DNA of 64,000 nucleotides from Planctomycetota bacterium (GTDB lineage Bacteria; Planctomycetota; UBA8108; SXIK01): NCBI GenBank assembly GCA_965223265.1, contig OZ244999.1, positions 5,632,001 to 5,696,000 of the forward strand, read 5' to 3'. Shown piece by piece: positions 61,463 to 64,000 of this stretch (position 1 is its first letter; each line of letters starts with the position of its first letter). The notes under the pieces were generated by a model. It saw only the letters and a program-made list of their open reading frames with translations, ran no database searches and was not told where the DNA came from. The position numbers and the translations under genes were made by a program.

Positions 61463-61945
61463 TTAGGGTTGATTTTCCGAGTCCATGGCGTAGAACGGCG
61501 TCTGCTGCGTCACGCCCGTGAAGTAGACCGGAACGACGTTGGGATGGCTCAGCTTGCCGGCGGTCTGCGCTTCGCGCAAAAACCGCGCGCTCGCTCGGGT
61601 GTCCGCCGCGATTCCCGCCGGGAGCACCTTGAGCGCGACGCGCCGGTCCAGCGAGTTCTCCCATGCCTCGTAGACCACCCCCATGCCACCGCGCCCGATC
61701 TGGCGGCGGAGGGTGTAGTCGCCAAGGGTGCCGAGCGGCTCAGGTGAGGCGGCGGCGGCGAAGCAGTCGACGAACCGCTCGAGGCGCTCGAGGATGCTCT
61801 CGCCGTCGATCGGATTCTCGGCCAGCACTTCGACCGGATCGAGGCTCTCCCCCGAGTTGATGCGATCGATGTACTCACCGACCTTTCGGTCGATCTCGGC
61901 GGCAGGGTCGCGCTGAGCATCGCCCGCAGGCTCTCTACCCTTCAT
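61463..61945 (-). pseudogene. 5' part of interrupted Ser/Thr kinase (N-lobe)
   Basis: GRGGMGVVY, VALKVL, RFLREA, HPNVV and TPFYAM, then an element-derived DSENQP-stop. ATG 61945 overlaps the sigma gene end. Confidence 0.9.
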
Positions 61946-62600
61946 CGTCACCCCCCTCGGTGCTCTCCTCGGTGCTTTCCTCGGTGCCCTCCTGGATGCC
62001 GAAGAGTCGATCCGGAAGGTGGAGGCTCTCGGTCTCACCGAACGTCGCACGCAGTCGGTCGAGTGCGCGAGAGAGGAGTGCGTAGACCGCGCTCTCAGAG
62101 CGCTCCATCTTGGCGGCGATCTCGCGCACCGGCAGGCCGTCGAGGCGGGCGAGTTTCAAGGCCGTCCGCTGGTCATCACTCAGGTTGTTGATGGCCCCCT
62201 CCAGTCGGTCGAAGCGCTCACTGCGGCGCGCGGTCTTGCTGGGGGTCACATCGCTCGCGGCGACCTCACGCGTCAGCCGGATGTCGTCGAGGGACTTTCT
62301 TTGCGACGCACTGCGGATGAGGTGCTCCGCGATGCCGGCAAGCCAGCGGTAGAACGACTCTTCGCCTTGCCAGCGGAACTTTGCGATGGCGACGAAGGCA
62401 CGCGAGACGGATTCCTGGTAGACGTCTTCGGCGTCGAGCGCGGATCGCACACGCTTTCCTAATCTGGACCGAATCTGCCTTAGGAGGCGGTCCTGGTTGC
62501 TCCAGACGAGTTCGTCGAAGGCGGCCCGGTCGCCGTCTCGAGCTCGCGAGGCGAGCTGAGCGGAAGTCTCTTCTTCGTCGTGAGTCATCGTCGTCTTCAT
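61935..62600 (-). CDS. ECF RNA polymerase sigma factor
   Basis: DAEDVYQE...SFYRWL and LSDDQRTALKL...VREIA..MERSESAV; paralogous to 12007-12666. Confidence 0.9.
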   Translation of the reverse strand: MKTTMTHDEEETSAQLASRARDGDRAAFDELVWSNQDRLLRQIRSRLGKRVRSALDAEDVYQESVSRAFVAIAKFRWQGEESFYRWLAGIAEHLIRSASQRKSLDDIRLTREVAASDVTPSKTARRSERFDRLEGAINNLSDDQRTALKLARLDGLPVREIAAKMERSESAVYALLSRALDRLRATFGETESLHLPDRLFGIQEGTEESTEESTEGGDDEG

Positions 62601-62907
62601 CTGCCCTGTGAGTTGACGAGACAGGAATCTTCGACGCGAAATCTCGAAAGAATTCCGACGGCCGCGGTGCCATCATGATAACCAAGCGGCGGAGCATGAA
62701 AAACGGCCAGAGCTAGCGCCGGAGTCTTTCACGGTCACCGGCCTCGCCCTCATCGACGCCGAACGTCCAGAGAGCTCGCTCTGCGATTCGATGCAGCCGC
62801 ACACGTCACTCGACCGAAACCGTGCCGCTACCACCGACTCAAAGTGGGCTCGCGCGTACCCTCCACAAGGCCGCTCGCTACCGAGCCGGACGAACTCCCA
62901 CACTGGA

Positions 62908-63762
62908 TCAACGATCTGGCCAAGACTCACGCTCCATGCGGTCGAGGAGTGCCTGCAGCCAGCGGGCGCGCTCCTGCGGCGTCGGCACGACCTCACCGAG
63001 ATCCACGAGCTCAGAGACGCGACGGGCGAACTCTTCAGTCACGCGCTGATCGTCACGTGTCGGGTGGTGGTACTCGGGGTAATGGAGCGCTGAGACATTC
63101 AGGAGCGACTTGAGATGGTGCAGCTCGCTCGGTCGGGTCAACATCTTATCAAGCGCGCGCAGTCGCTCCTCGAGCGGACGCCTCCTGTCCGACGCGATCT
63201 CGAGAATGACACTCTGATAGAGCTCTGGGTCATACTCAGCGAGTTGAGGAAACGGCAGATCGCTCTCTCCGACCTCCAAGAATCGTGCCGCTTCGAAGCG
63301 GCCGAGCTTGCCGTTGTCGTTGACGGTGCGGTAAAGCGCGCCCGCAAACGGTCGTGCAAGATCCGACTCAATGCCCGTATGGATGTCCGGAACCGCAGCA
63401 AACCACCTGGCGGTGACGGACTCTTCCGATCGCGCTCGCTCCGCCACGGTCGGATCGGTGATGTACCAGAGCGTGCGCTCGATCATGAGGTCCGACTCTA
63501 GATAGCTCGCCAGGTGCACGGTAAACGCCAGCGCCGAGACGGTGCGCACGGCAGGACTGGCGTCGGCAAGACCACGCTCGATGAGCGGCTGCGCGCAGCG
63601 CCACGGGATGCGCGTCGAACTGGCGATCGCTTGCGAGCGCACGAGAAAACTGTCGTCGCGCGCGAGCTGTTCGAGTGCGGCGTAGGCCTCGGGGTCGGGA
63701 CGCCAGGTCTCCATGTCCGCGAATGTGTCCCCTTGCAACTGCGTGGGCGTGGGAGCAGGCAC
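62908..63762 (-). CDS. HEAT-repeat-like hypothetical protein (5' end uncertain)
   Basis: DDSFLVRSQA and LADASPAVRTVSAL units. Confidence 0.5.
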   Translation of the reverse strand: MPAPTPTQLQGDTFADMETWRPDPEAYAALEQLARDDSFLVRSQAIASSTRIPWRCAQPLIERGLADASPAVRTVSALAFTVHLASYLESDLMIERTLWYITDPTVAERARSEESVTARWFAAVPDIHTGIESDLARPFAGALYRTVNDNGKLGRFEAARFLEVGESDLPFPQLAEYDPELYQSVILEIASDRRRPLEERLRALDKMLTRPSELHHLKSLLNVSALHYPEYHHPTRDDQRVTEEFARRVSELVDLGEVVPTPQERARWLQALLDRMERESWPDR

Positions 63763-63815
63763 GTGTTCGAAGTGGCTGGGGCACTCCCGAGTGCGGTGCG
63801 GTCTTGACGAGGGAT

Positions 63816-64000
63816 GCGTTTGCGTTCGCGTTTGCGTTTGCGTTTGCGTTTGCGTGGGGGTGGGCGTGGGCGTGGGCGTGGGCGTGGGCGTGGGCGACTC
63901 CGACTCTGTCTCCGACTCCGACTCTGTCTCTGTCTCCGACTCCGTCTCCGTCTCTGTCTCCGACTCCGTCTCCGTCTCTGTCTCCGACTCCGACTCTGTC
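63816..64000. repeat. Low-complexity hexamer tract (GCGTTT, GCGTGG, TCCGAC/TCTGTC)
   Basis: Directly visible; runs to the window end. Confidence 0.9.

Larger units (their letters stand above)
47528..61490. mobile_element. ~14-kb integrative element inserted in the kinase gene
   Basis: TCCATGGCG direct repeats at 47528-47536 and 61482-61490. Integrase is adjacent to the left junction, composition is visibly more AT-rich, and the called genes are all on the + strand. Confidence 0.9.

Overview
GC-rich bacterial DNA, probably from a planctomycete. This is inferred from ECF sigma/Ser-Thr kinase pairs, C-terminal dockerin-like 'RGDxNxDG' domains, and PQQ-propeller and lamin-tail proteins. Four structures stand out. 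(1) A ~14-kb tyrosine-integrase element (47528-61490) sits inside a Ser/Thr kinase gene, bounded by a 9-bp direct repeat (TCCATGGCG) at the conserved 'YAMEY' codons. Precise excision would restore an in-frame ~1159-aa kinase downstream of an ECF sigma factor. Its cargo includes a second recombinase, a TIR protein and two PIN proteins. (2) A ~705-bp cassette with a four-helix-bundle gene between two GTAG-type REP-like hairpins occurs twice in inverted orientation. One copy continues into an array of seven identical 41-bp repeats whose spacers differ by whole hexamer units. (3) tRNA-Cys is followed by four partial copies of its own 3' end, which bracket decaying toxin-antitoxin and ECF/kinase islets with no integrase. 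(4) Low-complexity hexamer tracts occur in many intergenic spaces. The rest is ordinary metabolic, peptidase, transport and secreted-protein genes. All calls come from reading motifs by eye; no database search was run.
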